Positions 1 to 15,735 of a stretch of DNA of 64,000 nt are shown here, piece after piece. The notes under the pieces were generated by a model. The model had not been told where the DNA came from. It saw nothing but the letters and a program-made list of their open reading frames with translations, and did no database searches. Each line of letters opens with the position of its first letter. Position 1 is the first letter of the stretch. This stretch comes from the human T2T-CHM13v2.0 reference genome, Homo sapiens: assembly GCF_009914755.1 (NCBI RefSeq), contig NC_060925.1. The stretch is one strand, 5' to 3'. Position numbers and translations under genes: made by a program.

Positions 1-218
1 ATCTGAAATGATGATGACAAAAATTAGTTGTAAAGCAAACTCACCCCTTCCAAATGGGAACAATGAGAGGAAGGCACTCTGTGTTATTTTTTTTAAATGT
101 CTTAACCAAAAGTGAAGAAAAGAATTTCCTTAATATATAAGTCAAAATGTCCAATGCACTTCATAATTGTGGGATAATATTTGGAATTAGAATTGTGATG
201 CACATGTTTATCGGTCAC

Positions 219-562
219 TGATATGGTTTGGCTGTGTCCCCACCCAAATCTCATCTTGAATTCCCACGTGTTGCAGGAGGGACCTTGTAGGAGGTAATTG
301 AATCATGGGGACAGGTCTTTTCCATGCTGTTCTCATGATAGTGAATAAGTCTCACAAGATCTGTTGGTTTTAAAAAGGGGAGTTTCCCTGCACAAGCACT
401 CATTTCTTGTCTGCCGCCATGTAAGACATACCTTTCACCTTCTGCCATAATTGTGAGGCCTCCCCAGCCACATGGAACTGTAAGTCCATTAAACCTCTTT
501 CTTTTGTAAATTACCCAGTCTTGGGTATGACTTTATCAATAGCATGAAAATGGACTAATACA
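219..562 (+). mobile_element. THE1 (THE1A-like) ERVL-MaLR solo LTR
   Basis: Starts TGATATGGTTTGGCTGTGTCCCCACCCAAATCTC, ends GGACTAATACA; 5-bp TSD GTCAC at 214-218 and 563-567. Confidence 0.92.
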
Positions 563-1112
563 GTCACCTCCAAAATTGTCATATATCTGTATTATACACC
601 ATTTTGGTCATAGCTGAAAGCCATTTTAGATGAGTTTAATGTAAATGTGGATGTTTGTCAAGGTTAATTATATAAGTGTCACACAGTTAGAAGGGACTTT
701 GAGTGTAGACTGGAGAAATCAAGTCTTGCAGAAGAGAAAATCTAGGATTACAGGAGGGGAGAAAGAATGATAGCAGTTAAAACCAGAGGAAGCAGGAGAT
801 CAGGAAAAATATTGTCTCTTTTCTACAAATGAGAAAAATAAAGCTCAGAGACATGTGTACTCTCAGTTACCTAGTGAGTATGTGGCAGAGCCAGGATAAC
901 AACTTAGGAATGAACTCCTAGCCCGGTTCTTTTCCCTGCACATGTTCTTGGTCCCCTAGCCAGGTTTTGGCTTGTGCCGTTTTAGAACAGGTCATTATAA
1001 AGTAAAGGGCATTTGCCATCTTAACTTCTGAGACTCATGGAGGGTCATTCCAGAAGAGCAGCAATGCTGTTACCAGCTTGATTTAATGAGGGACCTATTT
1101 TTACTTTGAAAC

Positions 1113-1573
1113 TAAGGGAGGAGACCACCCCTCATATTGTCTTATGCCCAATTTGTGCCTCCAAAGAAAGAAAAAGTAAAAACTAAAAGGCAGAAATGAA
1201 ATCCAGAAGCAGACAGCCTGGCGCCACACAATGGGCCTGGTAGTTAAAGATCAACCCCTGATCTAATCGGTTATGTTATCTATAGATTACAGACATTGTA
1301 TAGAAAAGCACTGTGAAAATCCCTATCCTGTTTTGTTCCGATCTAATTACTGGTGCATGCAGCCCCCAGTCACATACCCGCTGCTTGCTCAATCGATCAC
1401 GACCCTCTCACGCGCACCCCCTTAGAGTTGTGAGCCCTTAAAAAGGACAGGAATTGCTCACCCAGGGAGCTTGGCTCTTGAGACAGGAGTCTTGCCGATG
1501 CCCCCAGCCAAATAAACCCCTTCCTTCTTTAACTCATGTCTGAGGAGTTTTGTCTGCAGCTCGTCCTGCTACA
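1113..1573 (+). mobile_element. LTR2 (HERV-E/Harlequin, ERV1) solo LTR
   Basis: Starts TAAGGGAGGAGACCACCCCTCATATTGTC, ends CTCGTCCTGCTACA; AATAAA near 1511; 4-bp TSD AAAC at 1109-1112 and 1574-1577. Confidence 0.88.
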
Positions 1574-1879
1574 AAACAATACTCTACTCTTATCATTTGC
1601 CTTAGCATGTCCATACCTTTATATTTATGGTGCACAAAGGAATTGGATTCTGCAGCAAAAAATGCACTAAAATCTTTCTTCCTTGGCTTTCTGACTTTGG
1701 ATTTTAAGGACATAGTTACCTCCTATTTAGTGCATGGAGTAGGAAGGGTTTGCTTTATTTCTCCATGTCATACTGAATGCCTTGACTACTCTAGAAAGAT
1801 CAAAATTCTTTATATTACTTCTGGACACTGCACATGACTTTAGCTTAGAAGTCATCACCATGATTGTATGTATAGCGGA

Positions 1880-2400
1880 GGCAATGTAGTCAAGAGCCAG
1901 TAGTCAGACAGACCTAGGTTCAAATCCCAATCTACTGAAAGATAATTCTGGGCAAGTTAAACTCTTTGGGCCTTGTTCCTCATTTAATAGATGGGGACAG
2001 TAATAGCTACCTCACACAGTGTGTGGTAGAGGCTGGCAGTGCCAGGGCTGGACACCCACCTTCCAGTTGCCCTGGGTATTGATTGCCGCCCTTCTCTGTA
2101 GAATTGCCCTCCCTCAAGGGAAGGGCCCTTACTTGAGATGTTCCCCGCTGCAGTCACTGACACAGGTGAGACAAACTCTCCAGTGCAAGCTCCAGAGACC
2201 TCATCCTTACTAAGACCTTTCCCCCACCCTATCTTGCTTGCCTCAGTAAAGTCACCAAAAAATCATTTGCAAAAGAATCCCTTCTAGGCTCTGAGTCTAG
2301 GGGATCGACTTAAGGCAGACTCGTGAAGACTAAATGATAAATCAATTTCACGTTGCCTGACATACATGAAGCATTCCCAGATGGTAGCTATTATCATATT
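1880..2400 (+). mobile_element. MIR interrupted by an old LTR-like (LTR16-type) insert at about 2020-2318
   Basis: MIR core (GTCAGACAGACCTAGGTTCAAATCCC...AGCTACCTCAC) breaks at ~2019 and resumes at ~2320 (GTGAAGACTAAATGA); insert end resembles LTR16 termini. Confidence 0.6.
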
Positions 2401-3555
2401 ACTAGTCATATCTGGAACTTTCAGAACAATTCCTGGCATCTAGAGCTGCTCAATAAATTGAACACAGTGAGGCTTCAAAAATCACCTCTTGCCATCTATG
2501 CATCCGATCTGCATACCGTGAATACCCTTGGGGGTGTCTGCATTTATCTCTGTCTTTGTTATCTTCATTCTGTAACACTTCCACCTCTACTCATTTCTAT
2601 ATATTTTTATTTAACCATAATAACCGTAAAAATGTCTATTCATTCTTAAAGACAGGGTGCCCATAGCGGAGACACAAAAACACAGTTTCTATTCTCAAGA
2701 AATGAAAATGTGTTACCAGATTTACGATCAATATAAAACAAAAGAACAATGCATATTGTTAGATTTCAGGATTTAGGGGAAAACTATTAAACTGTTTATA
2801 GGTTTATAGTTTTATAAGAAACCACATTAACAACATATTGATATATTTAAAGTAGTTACTTGCTTTTTCTCCTCTTTAAAATACTGGAGTAATTATAATA
2901 CCGAATATATGATCTGAAGAATTCAAATAGCTGGAGAACTTGTACTTTTTAAATTTATAATTCCCCAGTGAAGCAGATAGTAAGGCTATTGTAAATACAT
3001 AATCAGATTAAGCAAGAGCCTGATACTTGACAATTCAGATGTTATGACTCATGGAATACTTTTTTGCTAGGAAAATGAATGATGCCTCTGTTTCTTCCAT
3101 CTTACAGCCACGAAAACAAGTCCGACTCCGCTCATTCTCTTGCCCACCCCATTTATGTCTGAAAAATAAACCAAATATTATCTAATTTAAAAAGAGGGAA
3201 TCACAATGAGATAATTTGGTGAATATGGGTTCAATGTTTGGATCCATTAGGAAGTATGATTTACATTTCCTGTAGTTTTTTTCCAGTGAGAATTAACAAG
3301 CTCAGACTCTGGGGGTTAGGAAAAAGTGGTTCAGCTTTATGACTCTGCAGTAAAATATTTAGCCAAAAAGAAATATCCTATTATCTGAGATTAAAGTGTC
3401 AATATTATGTTTATAAAGAAATTTCACAGTTGGGCTAAAGAGGAGCACTCCTCATAAAAAGAAGGGCTCATTACAAAATATTAGTTTTTATCCTGAAACC
3501 TTAGTGTTTGAGAGAGATAAAACACAGGGCTTATAGGATATATTTGGGGATATCA

Positions 3556-4143
<588 letters not shown>

Positions 4144-4519
4144 TTAAGGTTTCAGTGAGGTCATAGATAGAAAGGGCTTAACACAGTGCCTGCCCAGGTC
4201 AATGTCTGATACCTAGAGGGTGGCCAGTGAATAGTAATTAGCATTCAGATTCACAGGCCTATTACTTGGATAAGGAAATCAAGGCAGAGAGAGGGGTATA
4301 GTCACTTGCCACTTGCTGACGTCACCATATGGCTCTGTGCTAAGTGCTTTAAGCACATTATCCTAGGCAGCTCTGAGATGAGAAAGCGGAGCTCCGAGAA
4401 TAGGTGTTATGGGTCCTTAGTGGCAGAACCCAGCCTTGAGCCCAGGACTGACTGGCTCCTAAGTCCAGGCCTTTCACTGCTAGATGTTACCGGCCAACGC
4501 CATCCTCTAAATACCTGTG

Positions 4520-5101
<582 letters not shown>

Positions 5102-5594
5102 TCAATTTTATTGACATTTGTCTGTCAGTAAAATTTCTCCTACCTCTGTGAAGAGTCCCCTGACTTTCCCTGACCTTCATTCAAAGTAATCACCCCTTCT
5201 ACTAAAATTTATTAATAAATTTATTATAACAGAAAGAGGCCAATAGGAACAATGGGACCTTTTTCTTGGATAAATCTGTTTCTTCATCTGTAAGATGGTA
5301 ATAATTCTCACATTGGCAGCCAATGTGAAGGGTTATATGAATTACATTTAATATTTAACAAGTGCTTTCAGCGTGCTGCACATATAAGTGCATGATCCTA
5401 AAGCAAAAGAGAGGAACAGGACACAGTTCTTGTCCTTACAGATAACACAACTTAGTGTGGGAGACTGACATGTAAGCAGTTAATTGCAACATGGTATAAA
5501 AAGTGACATCCTGCAGACTAGCTATGTGTCAGGGGAGCACAGAAGAGAAAGAGCTGGGCTCAGCCTGGGGGGTGTTAAAGAGGAGCTGTTCAAT

Positions 5595-5830
5595 TTAATG
5601 ACTAAGTGCATAGGCTCTGGATTCAGAGGACTTGGGTTCAAATTCAAGCTTGACCACTTGGCACCTGTGCAATTTTAGGCAATTTACTTAATGGGTCTGT
5701 CACCTTCCATTTCCTTGTCGAGAAAATGAGGTAATAACAGCCCCAACCTGATAAGTTTGTTGTGAAGATAAAAATGGCATATAATATCTAAAGCATGTAA
5801 CACTATACCTGGCACATAGTAAAAGCCTAA
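5595..5830 (+). mobile_element. MIR SINE
   Basis: GGCTCTGGATTCAGAGGACTTGGGTTCAAATT...CCTGGCACATAGTA. Confidence 0.8.
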
Positions 5831-5959
5831 TCAAGGCTTCACAGAAGAAACTGTGTCCTGGACACTGAGTTGGAATTTGTCAGCGAGACAAAGATCTGTT
5901 GCACACAGAAGGCCTTACAGGTGGCATGAACAACATGCAAAACGGTTGAGTGCTGTGAG

Positions 5960-6242
5960 GTTTTGATATTTTGATTTTATGACCTACTGTAAAAATTATA
6001 CTTTGCATCACAATTTGGCATGTGTGCACTCACATGCACACACAGACCCCTAAAACCAGAGTTTAATAAAACAATACTTACCCTGTTTATAGTGTACTCT
6101 GATCTGTTCTATTCTATCCTATCCCACCCCACCCCATTCTATTCTATTTCATTCTAATTTTGTTAAGGCTGGCTGAAGTCCATTACATTGATTTCATGAC
6201 CCCTTAGTAAAGAAAGGGCCATTATAAGTTTGGAAAACACTT
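5960..6242. mobile_element. hAT-Charlie-type DNA transposon fossil
   Basis: TTGATTTCATGACCCC...AGTTTGGAAAACACT end motif typical of the family; subfamily uncertain. Confidence 0.45.
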
Positions 6243-6665
6243 ATTTCAGGACACTAGTTTTACGTAGCTGAAATGCAGTCAGATATCACTTGATTATGCT
6301 GCGTATTGTGCTTGGTTCTAGGTCCTAATATAAATTGGAGTGATTAGAGATGAGGCTGATAAGAAAGTCAGGGCTCTTATCATAAAGACCTTCATAAACC
6401 ATGTTGCAGAGGCCAAACTTCATTCTGCAAGTGGTGAGAAATCACTGTAGAATTCTGATGTGACTGGTTTTAAGGGTTGGGGCGATCACTCTGGTGGTGA
6501 TGTGTAGGATGGCTCAGCAGAACCCAGTCCTGAAAGGATGTCAAGGAGTTTGCTTTGATGAAAGCTGTGAATAACTGCTAGATTCTATTATGATAAACTT
6601 TACAATAAATTACACACCTCATCCTAAAATGCAGTGCCTTTCCCAGAATGTTAGACTCTATCCTA

Positions 6666-6889
6666 TTTTTTTTAATACTTTAAGTTCTAGGGTACCTGTG
6701 CACAACGTGCAGGTTTGTTACATATGTATACATGTGCCATGTTGGTGTGCTGCACCCATTAACTCGTCATTTACATTAGGTATCTCTCCTAATGCTATCC
6801 CTCCCCCCGCCCCCGACCCCACAACAGGCCCGGGTGTGTGATGTTCCCCTTCCTTTGTCCAAGTGTTCTCATTGTTCAATTCCCACCTA
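6666..6889 (-). mobile_element. L1PA (primate LINE-1) 3' end, 5'-truncated
   Basis: ATACTTTAAGTTCTAGGGTAC...GTGCACAACGTGCAGG...TTCAATTCCCACCTA is the reverse complement of the L1PA 3' UTR. Confidence 0.93.
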
Positions 6890-7315
6890 AGGTTGTACAA
6901 AGATTTATCTGGGGCTAGTTTTCAGGGTCTCAGGGCTGCACTAGTAAATGCGCTAACTGTAAGCATTCAGTAGTTACAGAATTAGAAAGGCTCTCATAAT
7001 GTATTTGATTTTTAACAAGTGATTTGAAAATATGACACACCTGATCTGAACTCTAACCTATGGGAAATGATCTTCCACAAATAGGAATGTAATGCATTTT
7101 CTGAAACTGTACAAAATTTAGATGGCTGTCAAAGGCTACTTTGTTAATGAAATTATTCTGCTGGCATTTTGTGGCAAGGACTATTTGGATGTGGATTTTT
7201 TTTAGCAAATGGGGATTTATTGGTTAAAGAAACTAACATTTTAATGAGTGCCTACTATATGCAAGTGACTTTATACATGTTATAATAGATGCTCTCTTAA
7301 CCAACCTTCACTTAA

Positions 7316-7655
<340 letters not shown>

Positions 7656-7829
7656 CGGTTCCCATTCTTTTGCTAAGTCTACTGACTAGTATCTATAACT
7701 TTAAAAAAGGTGAATGGCTAGTAGATTTCTCTTATGGACACCTGTATCCTTCTGCTAACATCAGCTCACCATATAGTTGTTAATTCAGATTGTACTTGTT
7801 ATTTTAATCCTGTGATTAACACATGCATT

Positions 7830-8190
7830 TATTCAATGATATTACAAAAAAAAAACTTTTCTTTTTATAAACTCTAAGTTCAATACTTTGGAAAGACTTG
7901 ATAAAATAAATAAGCTGCCTAATAAAATGTTGAATTAAGTTGAGCATTTACAGGACATCTGTAAGGAATAGGGAGAAGTGGTAAAAATTGTTTTAAGTGT
8001 TTTTAAGCACTCATTCTACTTTAAAGGAACTGACCCTGGAAATCACACACACAGAAAATGCTTCACAGAGACAGTTTATGCAGGATGCTGGTCGGTGGGA
8101 CATAATGTATAAGAAAAGACCTTGGATCTAGGTGAGGAGGTTACTAAATAAAAGAACTGTTTCATGTTTTAATTTGAAATAAGCTATTTA
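7830..8190 (+). mobile_element. Old Tigger (TcMar, Tigger15a-like) fragment
   Basis: Degenerate motifs AAGTTCAATACTTTGGAAAGACT, CTGGAAATC...TTTATGCAGG, AAGAAAAGACCTTGG resemble a Tigger transposase relic. Confidence 0.45.
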
Positions 8191-8237
8191 ACATATATAA
8201 TATATATATTTTATATATATAAAAATATATAAAACTC

Positions 8238-9544
<1,307 letters not shown>

Positions 9545-9846
9545 TAATAAGTGTAATTCTTACAACAAATCTACTAGATAGGCATCACAGTAGCCATTCT
9601 GGAGATGAGAAAGCTGAGGCTCAGAGAAGTTGTGACTAAAGCCCGCCCTCTTCCCATTCAAGCTCACTGCCTTTCTTTTTCTTCGTCAAGGGGATTTTGG
9701 ACTTGTGCTTCCTATTTGTAAGCATTATGCCCATTCCAACAAGGCCTATAAATCAGCACAACCTACTAGAAAAGCGAGAACTTATGACTGACAAAGTTGA
9801 GTCATTCAGTCTCACTACACACAGTAGTCCAGGCACTACCAAGATT

Positions 9847-10010
9847 AGTGGCTCCCTAGTTTTGCTGCATATTGGAATCATTTAGAAAGGTTAAAGAAAG
9901 TCCTAATGCCCACACTACATCCCTTACCAATTAAACCACAGTCCGGAAATGGGAGCCAAGCATCAGTCATTTTTAAAGATCCCCAGGTGATGCAAAAGAT
10001 AGGGAGCTAC
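9847..10010. mobile_element. MER5-type hAT DNA transposon
   Basis: GCTGCATATTGGAATCA...CATCAGTCATTTTTAAAGATCCCCAGGTGAT. Confidence 0.75.
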
Positions 10011-10304
10011 CCACAACCTAGATTCTTCTCAATCTAATCCAATCCCTCCCCATTTCCGTTTTCTACTAGGCCTCTCTCTCTGTCTCTCCCTGCCACCCTC
10101 GCCCCCAACACCTCTCTCATTCTTGCTGTTGTACTTGGCTTCTCTTGTTTGTTTACTCCAAGAATTTTATTCACATATATTCTTCTGTCAAACCTCAGAC
10201 CCTAAACTGTAGCAGAGAGCCATCCCATGGGAGCTATACAGCTCTGAGTATCTGTTTGCTTATTCATAATACAGCCACGATGATGACGATGATGATGATA
10301 CTTA

Positions 10305-10652
<348 letters not shown>

Positions 10653-11229
10653 TCATTTCCTAAGTTTCTTTAATGATCAAAGAAATTAAACCACTATGAA
10701 TCTGGTTTCAGGTATTAAACACAGATTAAATATTCATTTTTAGGATACATTTGTTTTAAATTTAACACATGGATTCATGAATAATGCTATAGAGAATCCA
10801 TTATTTAAAATATTAATATAAATATCTATGCATGAGGGGGAAATAATTGGGAAATTTTATCTCCTCTGACAAAGGGGAAAAAGGCCATTTAAAAATATTA
10901 CTTTTTCCCCTTCAGACAGAGAGCAGAGGTGAGCCACACGAAATCTAAGTTCGCATGAAAGAGCGATGATAAAAAATGCAGGTGCTGTGAAACATTTATA
11001 TGGACCAAGTGTAAGACAGTATGTAGGCCTGAATTTGAAATGACATTTTGGTATAAAACAGATCTCCCAAAGGCAAATTTGAAACTTCCAGAAAAGTCTT
11101 AAAATGACATCTTTCAAAATGAAGAATCATCAAATAAATATGCCCAAGTCATTACCTCGAAGTACTTTTCTAATGAGACAGGCTGAAGAAACAGCTAAAA
11201 ATAATTGACCCCAGTTTTACAGCTGAAAG

Positions 11230-11233
<4 letters not shown>

Positions 11234-11260
<27 letters not shown>
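11234..11260 (+). repeat. Poly(A)27 run
   Basis: Direct reading. Confidence 0.95.
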
Positions 11261-11974
11261 CAAGAAAAGCTATTGCAGGGTATGAACCTAGAATTAGGCA
11301 TTGGCAACTGTTTAGCATATTAAATACAAACATTAGGACATGTCTCACTCAGCATAGAAAAATTGCCAATAGCTTTTTATTCACAAATTTCAAATTGTTT
11401 TACAAATTACTTATTGTATTCCCTCCTATAAATCTTATTCCATTTGCACAATGCTGTGGTTTTAAAAATGACATTCACCCCAATATTTAATGAGATGTTT
11501 GCCTCAATACTTCACTGGATTCTTGCACAAGCCAATAAATTAAGCATGGTGGATTTTATTATCCCCATTTTATAGATAAAGATATTGAGATCTAGAGAGG
11601 TTAATAACTTGCTCACGTTTACAGTCTTTCAAATGTACTACCCTGTCTTACTTCAACACAAAAGAGAGCACAGAGAGCCTACCATACTTGTGTAAGTGTT
11701 TTTCAGGAAGTAACTCAAGATAGAAGAAAATTAAGGTCTATTTGAACACATATTACATGAAATATTAGACACAATGTGGAGGATTGCTTATGATATCTTA
11801 AATAGAAAAGTAGAATATAAATTGAATGTACACAATAATCTCAACGTAAAAATATGCATGGGAAAAAGATGGCAAGGAAATATGCCAAAATGTGCATTTC
11901 TTTTTTATATCATTATTTCCTCAATTGATCTTATAACATGTATTTTTTATAATGAAAAAGAATAGTTAATTTAC

Positions 11975-12334
11975 TGATATGGTTTGGCTGTGTCCCCACC
12001 CAAATCTCATCTTGAATTATAGCTCCCATAATTTCCATGTGTTGTGAGGGGAGTCCAGTGGGAAATAATTGAATCATGGGGGTGGTTTTCTCATACTATT
12101 ATCATGGTAGTGAATGAGTCTCATGAGAGCTGACGGTTTTATAAGGGGAAACCCCTTTCCCTTGGTTCTCATTCTCTCTTGTCTGCTGCCATGTAAGATG
12201 TGCTTTCACCTTCCAACATGATTGTGAGGCCTCCCCAGCTATGTGCAACTGTGAGTCCATTAAACCTCTTTTTCTTTATAAATTACCCAGTCTCGGGTAT
12301 GTCTTTATCAGGAGCATGAGAACAGACTAATACA
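11975..12334 (+). mobile_element. THE1 (THE1B-like) solo LTR
   Basis: TGATATGGTTTGG...AGACTAATACA; near-TSD TTTAC/TTTAT. Confidence 0.92.
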
Positions 12335-12348
12335 TTTATTAATTCAAC

Positions 12349-12436
12349 TTTTTTTTGTTGTTGTTTTTCTGTTTTTGTTTTTTTTGAGTCAGGGTCTTGC
12401 TCCGTTGCCCAGGCTGGAGTGCAGTGGTGCAATCAT
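12349..12436 (-). mobile_element. Heavily 5'-truncated Alu (J/monomer-type) 3' end
   Basis: T-rich tail plus GAGTCAGGGTCTTGCTC...GCAATCAT; TSD TATTAA(T/C)TCAACTTTT. Confidence 0.85.
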
Positions 12437-12449
12437 ATTAACTCAACTT

Positions 12450-13520
12450 TTCTACTGAGCATCTCCTATATACCTGGAAATGTCCTGCTTCCAGTTCTGA
12501 CTCCACTTCCAGGGAATGAAGTTCATGTCATGAAGACACCGATGGTGATTTTATATACCCTGGGTTGCAAGTGTCTTAGGAAGAGGACTATATACCAGGC
12601 ATTATCCTAGACACTGGGATTGAACAGCAAAGACAGATCATCATATCCCTGCCCTTATGCAGCATACTTTCTAGAGGTAAAATGAGCAATTAATAGGAAA
12701 ATCAACGAATAAACAACAGCATTTCATGTGGTTATACATGCTGTGGGAACCGTGAGGGTACAATGATACATATGCACAAGGGAGAGGTGGGGGCAAGGTG
12801 GGCAAATTTGAGCCTAAACCTGGAAGAAGTGAAAGTGCATGCTATACAAAGTCTCAGAAAGAAGCATTTCCTGGCAGGAAACATGGAGGGTAAAAGCCAG
12901 AGGTAGGAATGAGCATCAAGTGCTGAGTCACCATCTAAAGGGAGAGACAGGGCTATGGAAATAGGTTATCAGGGGCCAGATCATCCTGGGCCTTGGGGGC
13001 CACATCAGTCCCCTGGATTGATTTAAATGTAATGAGTGTTACTGGAATTTTTTGAAGATGTGTTTTGTGCCAGGGGAATCAAGAATGATCTAATTTACCT
13101 GTTGTAAATACCCCTCAGGCTGCTACGTAGAAAACAGCTTGTGGGGAGTGGGAGAGGAATCAAGGAGACCAGCTATGAGCTGATGCAACTGAACAAATGG
13201 TCCTTTCCAAGCAAGCAAAGGCATGGTGAGAAATAATTTGATTCCAATTTATTTATTTACTTATTTTTGTCCTGAGTTCAAATGATGCTGCCAATGATAG
13301 GTAGGGAGGAGACCAGGGAGGAGCTTGCTTGGAAGAACACCAAAGAGCTCTGTTTGGGACTTGTCGACTTCTGAATGGAGATGTGGAGGAGGCAGTCTGG
13401 AGCTTAGAATGAGGCCAGAGCTGGAGACATATATTTGAGAGTCACAGACATATAGATGGCATTTAAATTCATGAAGCTGGCTAAGGTAACCCAGGGAGAG
13501 AGTAATTGGAAAAGAGGTCT
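12450..13520 (-). mobile_element. L2 LINE relic
   Basis: TACTGAGCATCTCCTAT...AGGCATTATCCTAGACACTGGG...GGCCAGATCAT...TAGATGGCATTTAAA. Confidence 0.75.
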
Positions 13521-14020
13521 CAGTACTGGGATTGTAATTCCAAGTTTTATTTGAGAATGAGAGAGAGAGAGAGAAAGAGAATATTGGTTCTAGAAGTTGA
13601 TGTCACATAGGCAAAATGCCTGTGTGGTGCTGGTGAACAAGTTGCCTCAAAAACGTTTTAACATTTTCTGGAAAATCACGAGACTGTATAATAAAGCGGG
13701 TATTGACAACTGAGGCAGAGAGACTGAGTGGAGGTATCAAGTCCTGGCACTGACTCTCACAAATTGTGTCAAGTTGAACACATCAAAAGCTGTAGGTAAC
13801 TCAATTCCTCATCTGTAAAACAGGGAGGATAGCAGCCAACCTCAAGATCTACAGGCTTAGCAAAGCAGCCCTCCTGTGTGCTACTGTATGCCCTGTGACC
13901 CTTCTTCCCATGCTGCATAGCATTGAAATGTCCTGCTTCCAGAGAATGAAGTTCATGTCATGAGGACAATGATGGTGATTTTATATACCCTGGGTCCCCA
14001 AGTGTCTTAGGAAGAAGACT
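12477..14020 (+). repeat. Dispersed direct repeat, copies at 12477-12589 and 13925-14020
   Basis: Both read GAAATGTCCTGCTTCCAG...GAATGAAGTTCATGTCATGA...GATGGTGATTTTATATACCCTGGGT...CAAGTGTCTTAGGAAGA.GACT. Confidence 0.95.
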
Positions 14021-14029
14021 GGAGCATGG

Positions 14030-14550
14030 GAGAGTAGTAGTTAAGAGATTGTTCTATGGGGTGAGACCCTCTAACATTTTTACTAGCATTGTAACTCTGA
14101 ATGTATTACTTACCCCCTCTCTGATCTTCGGTTTCCTGATAAAGTGGGATTTGACAACTATATCAGAAGGTTATTTGGAGGAATAAGTAAGATAATGCAT
14201 GTAAAATGCTTAGTATAGTGCTTGGCATCAGGTAATACAGAATAAATGATTCATATTTGTGCTGATGTCTGTTGTCATCCACTGCCAACCTTTTCTATCC
14301 TGCTCTGAGCTCCAGCACATGATATGATTAGAACCACAGAGTCAAACAGACCTGAATTCAGATCTTTGCTCCTCTGTTAACCAGCTGACTTTAGCACAAC
14401 ATGTGTGACTTTAAGCACCATGAGCCTTAGTTTCCTCTTCTTTAAAAAGGAAATGCTAACTTCAAACCCAGTGAGTGTCGGTAGGGTAACTGTGATGATG
14501 CGTTTAAACACTTAGCACTGGTGTAGAGCATGCACTCAGTACATCCTCTT
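14030..14550 (+). mobile_element. Two adjacent MIR SINEs (~14030-14250 and ~14325-14550)
   Basis: MIR cores, e.g. GTAAAATGCTTAGTATAGTGCTTGGCA and GAGTCAAACAGACCTGAATTCA. Confidence 0.7.
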
Positions 14551-15649
14551 GGCTGTCATAATCACTGTGATGTTCAAGAAAGTCCTTGGTAAACTGTAAA
14601 CTATTGTGCACCCATAAGAGATGTTTCCATTGTTATTCACAAGATGATTCATTGCTGCCAAGATATAAGGCGGCCGTTCACTGAAGCTTGCTGCATTTCT
14701 TTTTTTCAGTCCTTTAGAGGATCTGCAATCACTGTCTCCTCTAAGATTTGGCCCTGCTCACCCCTTCCAGGAAGGCTTCCCTAATTAATTGTACCTTCTC
14801 TAACTTTTACTCTCCAAACACTTGATCCTTAGGAGTAAATTCAGATTTACAAAACAGATAAATTAGGTTAATTAGTTGTAGCACCAGAGGATTTTTCAGG
14901 ATTGCTTTAAATTATGCGCTCCCAAAACACAGTTAAAAGATGTGCAATTTACAAACATTTGATTAACACTCAGGGGCTCTGGGACATCGATATTGCCCAA
15001 ATTGAGGCTCAGCTTTGGTTCGGTCTATTTTCATGCATGTGCATTAAAATTGCCTCACCAGTCTTCAGAGTGCCTCTTCTAGGATTTACTATTAAATTCC
15101 CAAAGGAGAGGACCCTAACTTTAATTTCTATTACCTTCAGGGAGGAAATACAGCAAAGTGCTGTCCTTTGTGGGACCCAGAGGAGGAGAGACTGCCAGTC
15201 TGGTCTATGACAAGCAGCATAGTTTGTACCTGTTGTTTTGTCTTAATTGTCTGTCTGTGTGGAAAGTGTAAGCTTCCCGGAATGGTAGTAAATTGTATAC
15301 AGAGTGAAACCCTGAGGGGAATTTTACTCAAAGAAACAAGAGATTGTGAAACTAAAGATGAGGATAATAGTTTTTGAGATATATGTTTTTTTAGTTTGCT
15401 TCCCATCTTACCCTCCCCCCGACTCTATCCTATTAAATGATGGTAAAACCCTCAGTGGGATGAGCCAGTAGGCTCAGCTTCAGGTACAATAAGAAAAGGA
15501 GATGCAGAGGAGAATGTCCCACTCCTCATAGGTTTGGGAAGGGAAGAATACAGAGGACAGAGGTGATAAATCTTCATGAGATAGTATTGAACAAAAATAT
15601 AAGGCAGGCCAAGTCCCAGACCCTTATGTGAAGAAAGAAAAGAAGACAG

Positions 15650-15735
15650 GTCAAAACATCTCATGTAACCTATAAATATACACATTTACTATGTACCCAC
15701 AAAAATTAAAAATTAAAAAAAAAAAGAAAAAAAAA
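15650..15735 (+). mobile_element. L1MA-type extreme 3' end with A tail
   Basis: CATCTCATGTAACCTATAAATATACACATTTACTATGTACCCACAAAAATTAAAAA. Confidence 0.85.
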
